A stretch of 64,000 nucleotides of DNA, from assembly GCF_004010195.1 (NCBI RefSeq), contig NC_057718.1, positions 88,564,233 to 88,628,232 of the forward strand. Direction: 5' to 3'. Under the pieces are notes generated by a model. That model worked only from the letters and a program-made list of their open reading frames with translations. It was not told where the DNA came from and searched no databases. Source of the stretch: Chiloscyllium plagiosum. Lineage: Eukaryota. The first letter of the stretch is position 1, and the number at the start of each line of letters is the position of its first letter. The translations under genes and the position numbers were made by a program. Shown here in pieces: positions 50,341 through 62,920 of the stretch.

Positions 50341-51538
50341 TGAGGCAGTGTGCCAGATAATTTGGTAGATGCCAGTATTGCACCTGCACTGGAATAGTTT
50401 AACTAATAGCATGGTTTTCTCTGATGCAACACCTGCCCGTTACCTACTTCCTCCTCACTATCCGATGCCCCAGGCCTACTTTCCAAATTTGCCTGCACTC
50501 CATCCAATCTACTCTAGTGTATTCGCTTCTCACAATGTCATCTTCAGTAAATCTTTAGCACTACCACCAGGTTTGGGGCCAATAGCCTGTGCTGTGTCCA
50601 GCACATTCAACTATTTCTTAATGTCACAGAAAATGTATTAAAATGGCTGAAGACTGGCATTTGTGATGGCAGGGATCTCCGGTAGAGGGGCAATGGTGTT
50701 TGAAAGTTTCAGTTTTGACTTTTGCACTCTTCAGCTGGGTCTACCACATTCAAGATGAGAATATTCATGGATCCTCCTCAAATGTCCTCCACCATTCACG
50801 ACTGGATGTGGGAAGACTTCACAATATGGTTGTAGAATCACTTGGCTCTTTCTATGGCATTTGCAGTTTTATGTAAAAAGAAATACAAACATCTCTGTGG
50901 AAAGCAGAATGGGGTAATTAGGATCTTCTATAGACTCATTTCAAGCCGTAAAATATTTACAAAAACGATTCACAAGCATAACTGAGAGGTTATAAGGAAA
51001 GATTGATTGAGGAAAATAAAAGTTGGGGCCACCTATTAGAGATTTTAAAAAATATTAAGGGCTTCAAGAGGTATATTGTAAATATTTATGAGGAAATGCC
51101 AAAATTAGAGGTCATAAGTAAGATATTCTATTGGTAAATCCAGTGAGGAATTCAGGACAGCTTTATTCATCCAGACAGTGTTTTAAATGTGAAACTAGTT
51201 TACACAGGGAATATTAAGGCGAATAAGATGGATGAATCCAAGGATAAGCTAAATAGGCACTTATGGGAGAAAAGAACAGAAAGATTAGTTTAAAAAAAGA
51301 AAGTGCTGGAGAAATTCAGCAGGTCTGGCAGAAACTGTCCAGTAACCCTGCGTCAGAACAGAAAGTAAGTTGGAAAGGGTGGTATTTATGCTGATGACAG
51401 GGTGCGGGGTGGTAGTGAATACATGGAGATGGTTGCTGAAAGAGAGTGCAAAAAAAAAAGCAAACAAACAAAATGATTGATGATGATAAGCTGAGAGGAA
51501 GATGAATGCTAATTGGATGCTAATGAGAAGCATGAATA

Positions 51539-51742
51539 CAGTCGGTTCTGCTATAATGCGTGTTTCTTAGACATGAATTGGTGTTAGTGCGACTGAAGAA
51601 CTTAGACGTGAACTTTTCTTAGCTGTAGTGGCTAGGATGCTATTCAGGCCCCATTTGCTTAAATGGCACCACTATTGCGCAATTTTCTCATAATGCGAGA
51701 TCGCATGAGAACGGAACTATCGTGGGATATCAGAACCAACTG
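51539..51742. mobile_element. pogo/Tigger-like MITE, same family as 34862-35080, opposite orientation
   Basis: TA-CAGTCGGTTCTGCTATAA...ATATCAGAACCAACTG; internal gactgaagaa...cgtgaa shared in reverse. Confidence 0.7.
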
Positions 51743-51789
51743 TGGTTGAAATAGGGCTGGCTGTGCTGGAAACAACTCAAGAAGAAGAC

Positions 51790-53200
51790 CTTGTGATGTG
51801 GGAATGGGTAATAAACCTGGAGGAGGTTGTTCATGCCCTGAAATTCTTAAACTCAATGTTGAGTCCTAAAAGGCTGTAAGGTACCTAGGCGGAAGGTTTG
51901 TTCCTCCAGTTTGCTTTGAGCTTTGTTGGAGCACTGCAGCAGGCCTGAGACAAAAATGTTGGTGTGGGAACATGGTGGTGCGTTGAAGTGGGAAGCAACT
52001 GGAAGCTCAAGGTTATTTTATGGACAGAGCATAGGTGTTCTGCAAAATGGCCACCCAGTCTATGTTTCATCTCCCCAATGTTGAGCAGACAACATTGTGA
52101 GCAGCGAATTCAGTAGAGTGAATGAAGTGCAGGCAAATCACTGTTTCACCTGGAAGGTGTGTCTGGGGCCTTGGTTAATGAAGAGGGAAAAAGTAAATGG
52201 GCAGGTGTTGCACCTTTCACGATTGCATGGAAATCTGTTTTGGGGCTGTGGAGAGGAGGGGTGGACCAGGATATCCTGGAGGGAATAGTCCCTGCAGAAT
52301 ACTGACAAGGAGGGGAAAGGAATATGTGTCTGGTGGTGACATCCTGCTTGAGCTGCTAGAAATGGTGGCTTTTGATCTTTTGGATGTGGAGGTTGATGGG
52401 ATGGAAAGTGAGGACCGGGGGAACTCAGTCATTGTTGTGGGAAGGAAGGGAAGGGGTGCGGGCAGAAGCGTGAATAATGGGTCAGACACAGCTAAGGGCA
52501 CTGTCAATCATGATTTTGGGCAATTCTCAATTGAGGAAAAAGAGGGACACTTCTGAGGCTCCCCTTTGGAAGGTAGCATCATCAGAACAGATGCGATGGG
52601 GACAGAGAAATTGGGAAAAAGTCCTTACCAGAAGCAGGTTGTGAGAATGTATAGACAGGAACTATGGGTGTTGGTGGATTTGTAATAGATTGGGTGGCCA
52701 GAGTCGAGAGTGTGGTGCTGGAAAAGCACAACAGGTCAGGCAGCATCCGAGGAGCAGGAGAATCGGCTTTTTGGGCAAGAGCTCTTCATCAGGAGGGAGG
52801 CTTGTGAGCTGAGGGGGTGGAGAGATAAATGAGAGGGGGGTGGGACTGGGGGACGCTAGCTGAGAGTGCGATAGGTAGATGGAGTTGGGGGTAATGGTGA
52901 TAGGTCAGAGAGGAGGGTGGAGAGAACCATTTCTGGAGATTTGGTGGCCAGTCTATGCCCAGAAATGGAAACAAAGATATCAATGAAGGAAATGGAGGAG
53001 CCAGAGATGGACCAGGCAAAGATGAGAGCAGGATGGAAATTGGAAGCAAAATTAACAAATAGTTCAATTCCAGACGAGAGAAGTAGCACCAATATATGTC
53101 ACTGACGTACTGGAGAAAGAATAGTGGGAAGACACTCTACTAGGACTGGAAAAGAAATGTTCTCTGTATAACTGGTGCCCATGTGGATACACCTTTGAAG
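51790..53200 (-). mobile_element. Old Penelope element with a nested younger tail (~52700-52925)
   Basis: Minus strand FVNFASNFHPALIFAWSIS..SISFIDI; KHRLGGHFAEHL. Confidence 0.75.
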
Positions 53201-53645
53201 ATTTGTTGATTGGTGGCATTAAGTAGAATTGGAGAAGCATAATGACTGATGTGGATGTTTTAGAGAATGACTTGCTTCTGTGTCATAAATTTGATGCAAT
53301 GCACAAATAAAAGGATGCTGGAAACTGGTTGAAACAAATGGAAGACAGCTTTATCGTATAAATAAACTTTTAAATGAGAAATGCTTCTGACACTCTCGGG
53401 GCAAATATTTCACATTTGTTACATGGAATGTAAAGAGCGGAAACAGCTCAGTTAGATTAACATCCTTGCTAAACTGGTTCTCTAGCAATTAGTTCTGAGC
53501 ATTAAAATTGCTTTTTATCGCTCTCTGTGGATACACCATCATCTTGTTATACATTTCAACCAATTTTCCTTTCTAATTTAGGTTTCACAATTTTCAGGTT
53601 TTTAAGACTCTTCCTGCATTTTTAAAAAAATAAAACACAACATAT

Positions 53646-54450
53646 TGTGGCCGGATGGGCCATTCAAAATGATGGATTTGTGAAAAATGAGGCATGCTGG
53701 GAAATTGAGACAAGCCTTGACCAGAAGTGATTGTGCTCAAAGATTCTGGAATAAACATGCTGCAGAATCCAGACAAGCTGCAGCTAGACAGACAGTATGC
53801 AACTGACCCAGCAGCTGCAAACAATACTACATACACTTGAATTGGAATTGAATAGAATCGATCTGAATGCCATTTCCAGGACAATGAGAAACATCAAGTT
53901 CTTTACCAGACACGGGGGAAGCCTCACACCCTTATTTGGAGAGGGATACCTGACCTACATGCCCCCAACACCTCCAGGAACGAATGCTCAAGGACCATCC
54001 AGCCATTGACATGTCAATGCCTGGTTGGGTCTGATCGATCAGGGTGATCAAGCCCTGATCAATCTATTGGCGGACATCAAAGACTCTCCCAAAAGGGTAC
54101 TAAGATTTCTAAGTACAAGAATCACCACAACACCACCTTCAGGGGTGGTAACCCAAGTCCAGCCGCTGTGAAGCGAAGACACCCCTGGGACCACCTGGAG
54201 AAGACCAGACAATCATCGCCACGTGGATCAGGGTCGAGATGTAGTGTGGTGGTGTATGATCATTCAGAGTTACGTTAAAGTTCAAGGTAGTTGATTAGAT
54301 TTACAGTGTAAATTGTTAGTTTGCAAAGTATTTTATTATAATATTAATTGTGTTAAACAAATAAATATTATCATTTATAATTTTTATGAGTCGAGTTGCA
54401 GTTGCTTTGCGAGGTATAAGAGTTAAACACACTCTGTGGCAGGTGCAATA
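53646..54450 (+). mobile_element. Solo LTR of the 17894-24848 family (805 bp) carrying an ORF
   Basis: Collinear with 23732-24848 from TGTGGC to GTGCAA(T)A; similarity stops sharply at both ends; no clean TSD. Confidence 0.8.
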
Positions 54451-54946
54451 AACCAGTTAATTGTTATTTACATGATGAGTCTGAGTGATCATAATCCTTT
54501 ATACATGAATTTTTTTTGTAGAAAACAGAAATACCACAATGATCTCTATTTCTCTCATTTGAACTTCATTTCTATCAGACTATGCCAACTTAGCAGCTGG
54601 CAAATTTGGTTTTCCAAACAGTGCTGCTAACTCTGGGTACTTCAACCCAGAACTGGGAGAAGACTGGAAACTTCCACAGCGTGGTTCTGGCACGGAGTGG
54701 CAACAGAGGCTTTGAGCATAGCCAAGAAAGTGAGCACTACAGTTGAGAAGAATGCAGTAGATACTGGAAACCATAGGGCTTTTAAACAAAATCAGATATA
54801 CAGTCTGGAGAGGTTCCAGATTCAATTCCCAGACTTTGCTGAAATTGCTAATCATAATGGGATAATAATATGGGGCTCGATAGTTAGCCTCAGTGAGGCT
54901 GGGCAGCCAGGTTGCTAATTTCCTTCTTGATTAGGGTGGGAAATAT

Positions 54947-55629
54947 TCCCAAGGGAAACTTCCATATCCGCCACAGATTCACCTGCACCTCCACCCACAT
55001 CATCTACTGCATCCGCTGCAGCCGGTGTGGCCTCCTCTATATTGGGGAGACAGGCCGCCTACTTGCGGAGCGATTCAGGGAGCACCTCTGGGCCACCCGG
55101 ACGAACCAACCCAACCAACCTGTGGCACAGCATTTCAACTCCCCCTCCCACTCCACCGAGGATATGCAGGTCATTGGACTCATCCACCGCCAAACCACAA
55201 CAACCCGACGGTCGGAGGAGGAGCGTCTTATCTTCCGACTGGGAACCCTCCAACCGCAGGGGATGAACTTGGACTTCACCAGTTTCTTCATCCCCCCTCC
55301 CCCCACCTTGTCTCAGCCGGATCCTTCCAGCCCGGCACCGCCTTCCTGACCTGCAGTCTTCTTCTTGACCTCTCCGCCTCCACCCTACTCCGACCTATCA
55401 CCCTCACCTTGACCTCTTTCCACCTATCACATTTCCAACTCCCCTCCTCCAAGTCCCTCCTCCCTACCTTTTATCTTCTCCTGCTGAACACTCTCTGCTC
55501 ATTCCTGAAGAAGGGCCTGTGCCCGAAACGTCGAATCTCCTGTTCCCTGGATGCTGCCTGACCTGCTGTGCTGTTCCAGCAATAAAGTTTCAACTTTGAT
55601 CTCCAGCATCTGCAGACCTCACTTTCTCC
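54947..55629 (+). mobile_element. Penelope GIY-YIG plus tail
   Basis: FTCTSTHIIYCIRCSRCGLLYIGETGRLLAERFREH; 10-bp TSD tgggaaatat (54937-54946, 55630-55639). Confidence 0.92.
55501..55536 (+). ncRNA. Intact minimal type-I hammerhead ribozyme motif
   Basis: attc-CTGAAGA-a-gggc-ctgt-gccc-GAAA-cg-TC-gaat: stem I attc/gaat, stem II gggc/gccc, palindromic ACGT stem III. Confidence 0.75.
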
Positions 55630-56132
55630 TGGGAAATATCAATCATGGTTCCTGCTTCTGACAACCACTGTAGGTGGGCTGTGTACATTGCTGGCTGGGT
55701 CAGCTTTCATTGCCTAGCCCTAATTACCATTGAGAAGAGCTGTATTCTTGAACTGGTGCTGGCAGGTGGGACTAGATTGGGTTGGGATATCTGGTCGGCA
55801 TGGACAGGTTGGACCGAAGGCTCTGTTTCCACGCTGTACATCTCTATGACTCTATGTTTCGATGCTGCAGTTCACTGGGATAAGTACATCTGCAGTGCTG
55901 TTTGGGAGGAGTTCCAGGATTTTTATCCAGCCACAGCAAAGAAATAAAGACATTGTTCCAAATCAGGATGTTCTGTAGCTTGGAGGGAAAGCTTTAAGTG
56001 GTGATGCTCCTGCGCATTTGCTGCCAGGGGTTAGAAATCATGGGTTTGGTAGGTACGGTCAGAGGAGCCATGGTGAGTTGCTGCAGTGCATCTAATAAAT
56101 GGTACACACTGCTACCACTGTGTGTCAGAGGT

Positions 56133-56298
56133 AGATTAGATTAGATTACCTACAGTATGGAAACAGACCATTTGGCCCAACAAGTCCGCACCGACCCTCC
56201 GAAGAGTAACCGACCCAGACCCATTTCTCCTCTGACTAATGCACCCAACACTATGGGCAATTTAGCATGGTCAATTCACCTGACCTGCACATCTTTGG
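56133..56298 (-). mobile_element. HE1-like SINE 3' half
   Basis: (agatt)n tail followed by the reverse SINE body. Confidence 0.8.
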
Positions 56299-56339
56299 AT
56301 GAAGGGGCTAAACGTTAAAGACAATAGATGGCGTGCCAT

Positions 56340-57195
56340 CAAAACCGATGAAGGCAGAGGAGGTGGGTGTTGTCTATATAGACTTCAGCAAGGCATTCAA
56401 AAAGGTTCTTCATGGTAGATTGGTTAAAGTTAGATCACATGGAAAACAGGGAGAACTAGTCATTTGGATACAAAATTGGCTCGAAAGTAGAAGACAGAGG
56501 GTGGTGGTGGAGGGTTGCTTTTCAGACTGGAGGCCTGTGACCAGTGGTGTGCCACATAGTTCCACTGAAGGGGAGTTACAGTTTGACAGGGTAGGCATTC
56601 GATATGCTTGCCTTTATTGGTTGATGCATTGACTTTAGAAATTAGAAGGTCATGTTGCAGCTGCACAGGTTATTGGTTAGGCCAATTTTGGAATACTGTG
56701 TCCAATTCTGGTCTGCCTGCTCCAGGAAAGACGTTGTGAAACTTGAAAGGATTCAGAAAAAATTTACAAGCATCTTGCCAGACTTGGAGGGTTTGAGCTG
56801 AAGGGAGATGCTGAATAGGCTGGGGTCATTTTCCCAGGAGTATCAGAGGCCGAGAAGGGGCACCTTATAGAAGTTTATAAAATCATGAGGAGTATGGGTA
56901 GGTTGAATAGCCGAGTTCTTTTTTCCCAGGATAGGGGCAGAGGTTGAAGGTGAGAGGGGAAAGATTTAAAATGGACCTAAGAGGCAACTTTTTCACACAA
57001 AGGATGGTATGTTATGGAATGAGCTGCCAGAGGAAGAAGGGGAAGCTGGTACAAATACACCATTTAAAAGGCAACTGGATGGGTGCATGAATAGGAAGGG
57101 TTAAGAGAGATATGGCAAATGAGACTAGATATCTGGTCAGCATGGATGAGTTGGACTGGAGGGTCTGTTTCTATGCTGTACATGTCTATGACTAA
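56340..57195 (+). mobile_element. CR1 LINE, internally deleted
   Basis: VVYIDFSKAF.KV.HGRL..WIQNWL..RRQRVVVEGCFSDWRPVTSGVP, then the CR1 C-terminus. Confidence 0.88.
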
Positions 57196-57421
57196 TACAA
57201 CACTTTCCAAATTCTCACAATTTAAGAAATACTCTGCATCTCTGTTCCTCCTAGCAAAAGCAGATAACCTCATACTTATCCAAATTATATTCCACCACCC
57301 ATACTCTTGACCACTACCTCATCCTGATTGATCCCACTGAGGCTTCTACATTCTCCACACATTTCACATTCCCACCAAATTTTGAATCATTTTAAAACTT
57401 GGAAACTTTACAATAGGCCCT

Positions 57422-57947
57422 TGTTATGGACCAGGCCTGACCCCCTCAAAACATTTAAAGAAGGTAGCCTAACTTTGCTAGTTGTTTTAAGCAGGTGTAG
57501 AGCAGATATTCCAGGAGTGATGCAGCTGGCCCAACCACTCAGTTTTAGAACAGAATTTATTTACAGACTATTGAATGAAACACGGAAAGAGAACCGGATT
57601 CAAAATAACAACCTATCTGAAAACCCAATCAACGTTATCGCAACTTAATGATACTTGCAACATCCCCATAAACACCCCCTTGGCAAAAAAAGTAATATCA
57701 AACACAGGTTCCGACAGGAGAGATGTCAGGGAGAGAGAGAGGATCAGCATGCTGCAAACAAAATAGTTTGCTAAACCCAAACCTAACCAAACACTGAACA
57801 CCTTTCATTGCACAGGTGTTTTAAAAGAAACTTCGAAGCTTTTTCAAGTAGATATTTCCAGACATATTAGAATCTCTGCCTTTATAACTCCTCTGACAAA
57901 AAAAGCCAAGGACAACATAACCTTGTTAAAGGAGTAGCATCGTCACA
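57422..57947 (-). mobile_element. Solo LTR
   Basis: TGTTA...TCACA termini, flanks ccct/cccc; TATAAA (~57881) and AATAAA (~57556) on the minus strand in LTR order. Confidence 0.6.
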
Positions 57948-60079
57948 CCCCACACTCAATTATTTTAATCAATCTGTCTAGGTACATAACGATAAGACCC
58001 CTGAGGCAGCTGGGAATTGAACCCACACCCTCTGGTCTAGTAGTAGGAACAATACCATTGCACCATAAGACCCTCTAGGGCTGAGTTGAATCAAACTGTT
58101 CAGACATGTTATAATACACCTCTTGATCAAATGAGACTTGAACCTAGGGCTCTGTGTCCAGAGGTAAGAACACTACCACTGCACCAAGTGAGCCCTTGGT
58201 CTGCACAGCCAAATCACTGACATGGATTGTAAACAGATGGGAGCTAAGCACTGATCCTAAGAGGACCTCACTAGTCAGAACCTGTCAAGCTGAGAATGAC
58301 CCATTTATGTTGACTCTCTGCTTTCTGCTGAATAATTAACCTTCAATCAATGCTACTATTTTACCCCCAATTCCATCTGATTTATTTTGGTTTTCTAACC
58401 TGTGTGGGACTTTAGCAAAAGGTTTTTTGAAAATCTAAACACAACATATTCATTGCTTTTCCCATTTCAACTCTGCTCGTAACATCCTAATAAACTCTAT
58501 CAGGTGTGTCACACACAATTTCACCTTCATAAATTCATGATCACTGCCTAATCAGACAATTATTTTCTAAATGTCCAGTAATCGTGTCCTTTGTAACATT
58601 CTAATATTTTCCTGACTACTGATGCTAGTGACATGGAGGAGTACTGATTCATCAGCAGGAGGCTTCCTTGACCACTTTTGCACTCATGCCATGAGAATTC
58701 ATCTGGAATCAGTGTTGAGAATTTCTAGGCAGTGCCCAACTGACTGTACACCACAATGCTGGTGGGTCTAGTCCTACCAGCGGGACACAATGTACATGGT
58801 TTGGTGATGGCGATGTCTGGGAAGTTCTAGGTTTGCATTCTGTATGACGATATCAGGTTGTTGCTGGACTAGCCCGTAACACAACTCTCACAAAGTTGAC
58901 ACAAACCCCTCAGTTATTAATAAGAAGGACTTTGCAGGGCATAGGTCTGGGTTGCTGTTATCATTGCCTAAGTTGATGCCAGCTGATTCCAGTCAATTTT
59001 TTTATGGCTTTGTAATCAGTGGATACAACTGAGCAGTTCAGAGGGCAATCAACCACATTGTTGCAGGTTTGGAGTCACATGTAGGCCAGACTTGGAAAGA
59101 GTGGCAGATTTCCATTCCCTAAAGCATGTAGTTCAAAAGCAAAGGAGCACTTCTGTTTCTCTCTCTGTGGGTCTTTGGAACTTCCTTTCTCAAAAACACA
59201 ATGGATACAGAATCTTTAAATATTTTTAAGCAGAGATTGATAGGTTTTTGATTACCAAGGGAATTAAAGGCTATCGGGAATGAAATGTTGCGGTTAAAAA
59301 TCAGATCAGCTATGATATTAATGAATGGTGCAACAGCTTGAAGGGTCAAGTGGCTTACTTTTGTTCCTTGTTTGTATGTTTGCAAGATCATTAGTGAACC
59401 AGATGGGATTTCATGACAAACAGCAGGGGTTTCACGGTCACCATTTGACTAGCTTTTAATTCCGAATCTATTAATTTAAATTTCACCAACTGAAACCATG
59501 TCCCAGAGCATGAGCTTGGTTGCTGGACTGTTAGTGCAGTAAAATTGCCACAAAACCACGACTCATCCTGAGAGCCTTCCCATCCAAGTTCAGCCCAGGA
59601 AAAGTCAGAAGGCGGCCAGTGTCACCAGGATCCCAACCCAAAATCATTTTCTGGACTTGCCCCATACAGTGGAACATTACTTTCATCGGGCTACGGAAAT
59701 TCTACTCTTTGTCCCGATATTATGAAAGTAGTACAGAAGCACTGGATAAGATTGGAAGTAACTTTACAAGGATAGTAGTAGAACGGAGAAAGTATTTTTT
59801 TTATCAGAGAAGATTAAATAGGTAGTGTCATTTTTCTGAAAAGAGTGAAGTCTCAGTATGTTTGCAGTAGAGATTATTGGATTTCTGATTTCCAGTACCA
59901 TACAGAACTATGGGGATGGTGAGAGAGTGGCTAAGTGTTTAATCAGCCACAATTACATTGTTGGGTGGGGCACGTTTGATGGGCTGAATGGTCCATTGCT
60001 GTTTTTACGTTCCCACTTAGAGGTTAATCAGTTGAGGTCTTTCTGTAGACTCTAGATGTGAAAAGAATGTTTCTACTTA

Positions 60080-60818
60080 GAGTCATACACCACTGTAACA
60101 GACCCTTTGATTCAATCAGTTCATGCCAAATATAACCCAAGCTAAACATGTCCCGCCTGCCTGCTCCTGGCCCATACCCCTCCAAACCTATCCTATTCAT
60201 GTACTTATCCAAATGTCTTTTAAATGATGTAATTGTACCCACATCCACCACTACCTCAAAGTTCATTCCATGTGAGAACCACTCTCTGTAAAACAAAATT
60301 GCCACTCATGCCTTTTTAAATCTCTCTCTCCTCTCACCTTACAAATGTGCCCCCTAGTCCTGAAATCCCCAGTCCTAGAGAAAAGACAACTACCATTAAC
60401 ACCATCTATATCCCTCATTATCTTGTAAACTTGTATAAGGTCACCTCTCAACCTCTTATGCTCCAGTGAAAAATGTCCCTGCCTATTCAGCCTTTCTTTA
60501 TAACTCAAGCCTTCCATACCCAGAAACATCCTGGTAAATCTTTTCCTAACCTTTTCCAGCTTAATAATACCCTTCTAATAGCTGGGCAATCAGAACTGGA
60601 CACAGTATTCCAAAAGAGGCCTCATCAATGTCTTGTACAACCTCAACATGACATCCTTACTCCCATACTCATAGGCCTGAGCAATGAAGGAAAGTGTGCT
60701 AAATGCCTTTTTAGCCACCTGACTACACTTGACACAAACTGCAAAGAATTATGTACCTGCACCCTCATGTCCCATTGTGCTTGAACACTACCCAAGGCCC
60801 TACCATCAACTGTACACA
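60080..60818 (-). mobile_element. CR1 LINE 3' part
   Basis: LSYKERLNR...FSLEHKRLRGDLIQVYKIMR. Confidence 0.88.
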
Positions 60819-62039
60819 ATGACTCTTACAATACCTCTTGTAAGAGAATCCCTTAAATAGAAGGTTAGCTAATAAATCTAAAAGGAAAATATAAAGAAAT
60901 TTATTTACTCAGAAAACCTTTCTAATGTGAAACGTTGTACCATGTAAAGTATTTGAAGTAAATGACTTAGATGTTTTTGAAAAAAAAACTAGATTAGTGA
61001 GAGAAAAGGAAATAGAACAACACACTGAAAAGCTGAGATAAAGAGAATGGGAGGACATGTGTAGAATATGAATGCAAGCAAAAAAAAAACATGGTTGGCC
61101 ACTGACACGCATATTCTATGAACCATTCCTGGAAGAGCTCATTTACTGCTACTGCATCAATCTGTAATATCTAATGCTTCCACAGCCTTCTATTGCCATG
61201 TTACCTTCTATGCAAGCTCTCAATGGGCTTGATGTTTTGCCAGGCATTGGGGTATCTGAATTCTGGTCCATTACGTATTGCAATTCTGCTCATGTAATTA
61301 ATAATAGACAAAAAAACCCTGCAGATGCTGGAATCCAAAGTAGGCAAGTAGGAGGCTGGAAGAACACAGCAAGCCAGGCAACATGAGGTAGGGGCATACT
61401 TGTGTTATCAGTATGCCAATATAACCTTCTGTATAGTATTCGCCTAATAGACTGCCTTCATATTTTCCCATTCAATGCATGCAGGCCAAAACAACTGTAC
61501 TAGAAGAGCTACGTGCTAACAAGGCAGGCAGGCAAGCATGTTGCCACCTTTACATATCTACTTGTATTGACAGTATACATTAGAGGCTGGGAGGGGCCAC
61601 TGGGTTGGAGGGAAGATCTCCAGCTGTGTGCCACTTTAATTGAACTGGAAGCTTCTGTATACGGCGGGGAAAAATTCTTAAGTTGATAAAATACCAGCTC
61701 TGAAACAAAGTGGCTCCTGCAGGCCTTAATTGCTCTAAATGTCTGCCTGCCTCTGTGGTGCAGGTTGATGTCCTCAGAGTCAGAAATTCATCGGGTTGCA
61801 GACCTGATGTGGCTTCCACAAATCTTCCCAGACATTCCACCTCCAAACCTTCTTCTTCCATATAGTGGTCTCCTAATAGACTGCCTTCATGTTTGCCAAT
61901 CAATGCATTCAGGCTGAAAGAGCTCAATGCTCTTCTGCAACACTATTTGCTGTCAATTGTTTTATCAAAAGGATATTTTGCTCAGAAACGTATATAAATA
62001 GACTTAACTGCTGCATCTTACAGACATGGACATATATCG

Positions 62040-62920
62040 GAACTTAAGTGGCATTAAAACCAGAAAAATTCTAGTAAACTCAGCAGGGTAGGTAGCCTCT
62101 GTACAGAAAGAGAAACAGTGTTTCACGTTTGCGACTTGATCAGAACGGAGAAAGATTAGAGATGCAATTGATTCTGGAAAGAATTGGGTGTGACGAAGTT
62201 GAAAGAAATCATATTTTAAGAAGCAAGATTTGAGGTGACAGAAAACTTAGCTTTCCAATGCCAAAGAGAATAGGAATGGGGGCAAGAAAAGGGAAATTCT
62301 TAAAGCAGGTGAGCAGCTAACTGGAAGAAAAATGGTCAAAGCCAAGAAACAAAATAGGGACAGATCTTAAAGTATGAATTTGCTGAACTTAGTGTTGAGT
62401 GAAAAAGACTTGTGAAGTTCACAACTGAAAGACTAGCTGCTGTTTATGACATTTATGTTGAACCTCACAGGTACAGTACAGTAGACTGGAAAAGAAACTT
62501 AAGTGTGAAGGCAAGGTGGAAAATTAAAATGAAAGGCCACCAAATGCTAATGAACTGAACAAAGGTGTTCTGCAAAGCAGTCACCCAATCTGTGGAGAAA
62601 GATTGTGATTAGCGACTACAACAGGGTGAGACTGAAAGAAGTTCATGTAAATTGGTGCTTCACTTGGGTGGAGTGTTGGGACCATGCATAGTGAGGAGAG
62701 CAGAGGTAAAAGGTCACGTTACATATCCTGCTTTTGCATTGAATTGTGTTGTGAGGAGGTCACAGGGTCTTAGGCATGACTGAGGAATAGTCCAGGGTAT
62801 ATATCATTGAGGGAAGATGCATTTGGAGGCAGACTCATGTTGAAGGTGATGGGAAATGATCCAGTGAACTCAAAGACTGGTGGGGTGAAAGTGGGGCAAG
62901 GGTATTAGTTCTATTGTGAG
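62040..62920 (-). mobile_element. Ancient Penelope relic
   Basis: Weak similarity to 51790-52500 (ggtgttctgcaaagcagtcacccaatct, tgcttcacttgg). Confidence 0.45.
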
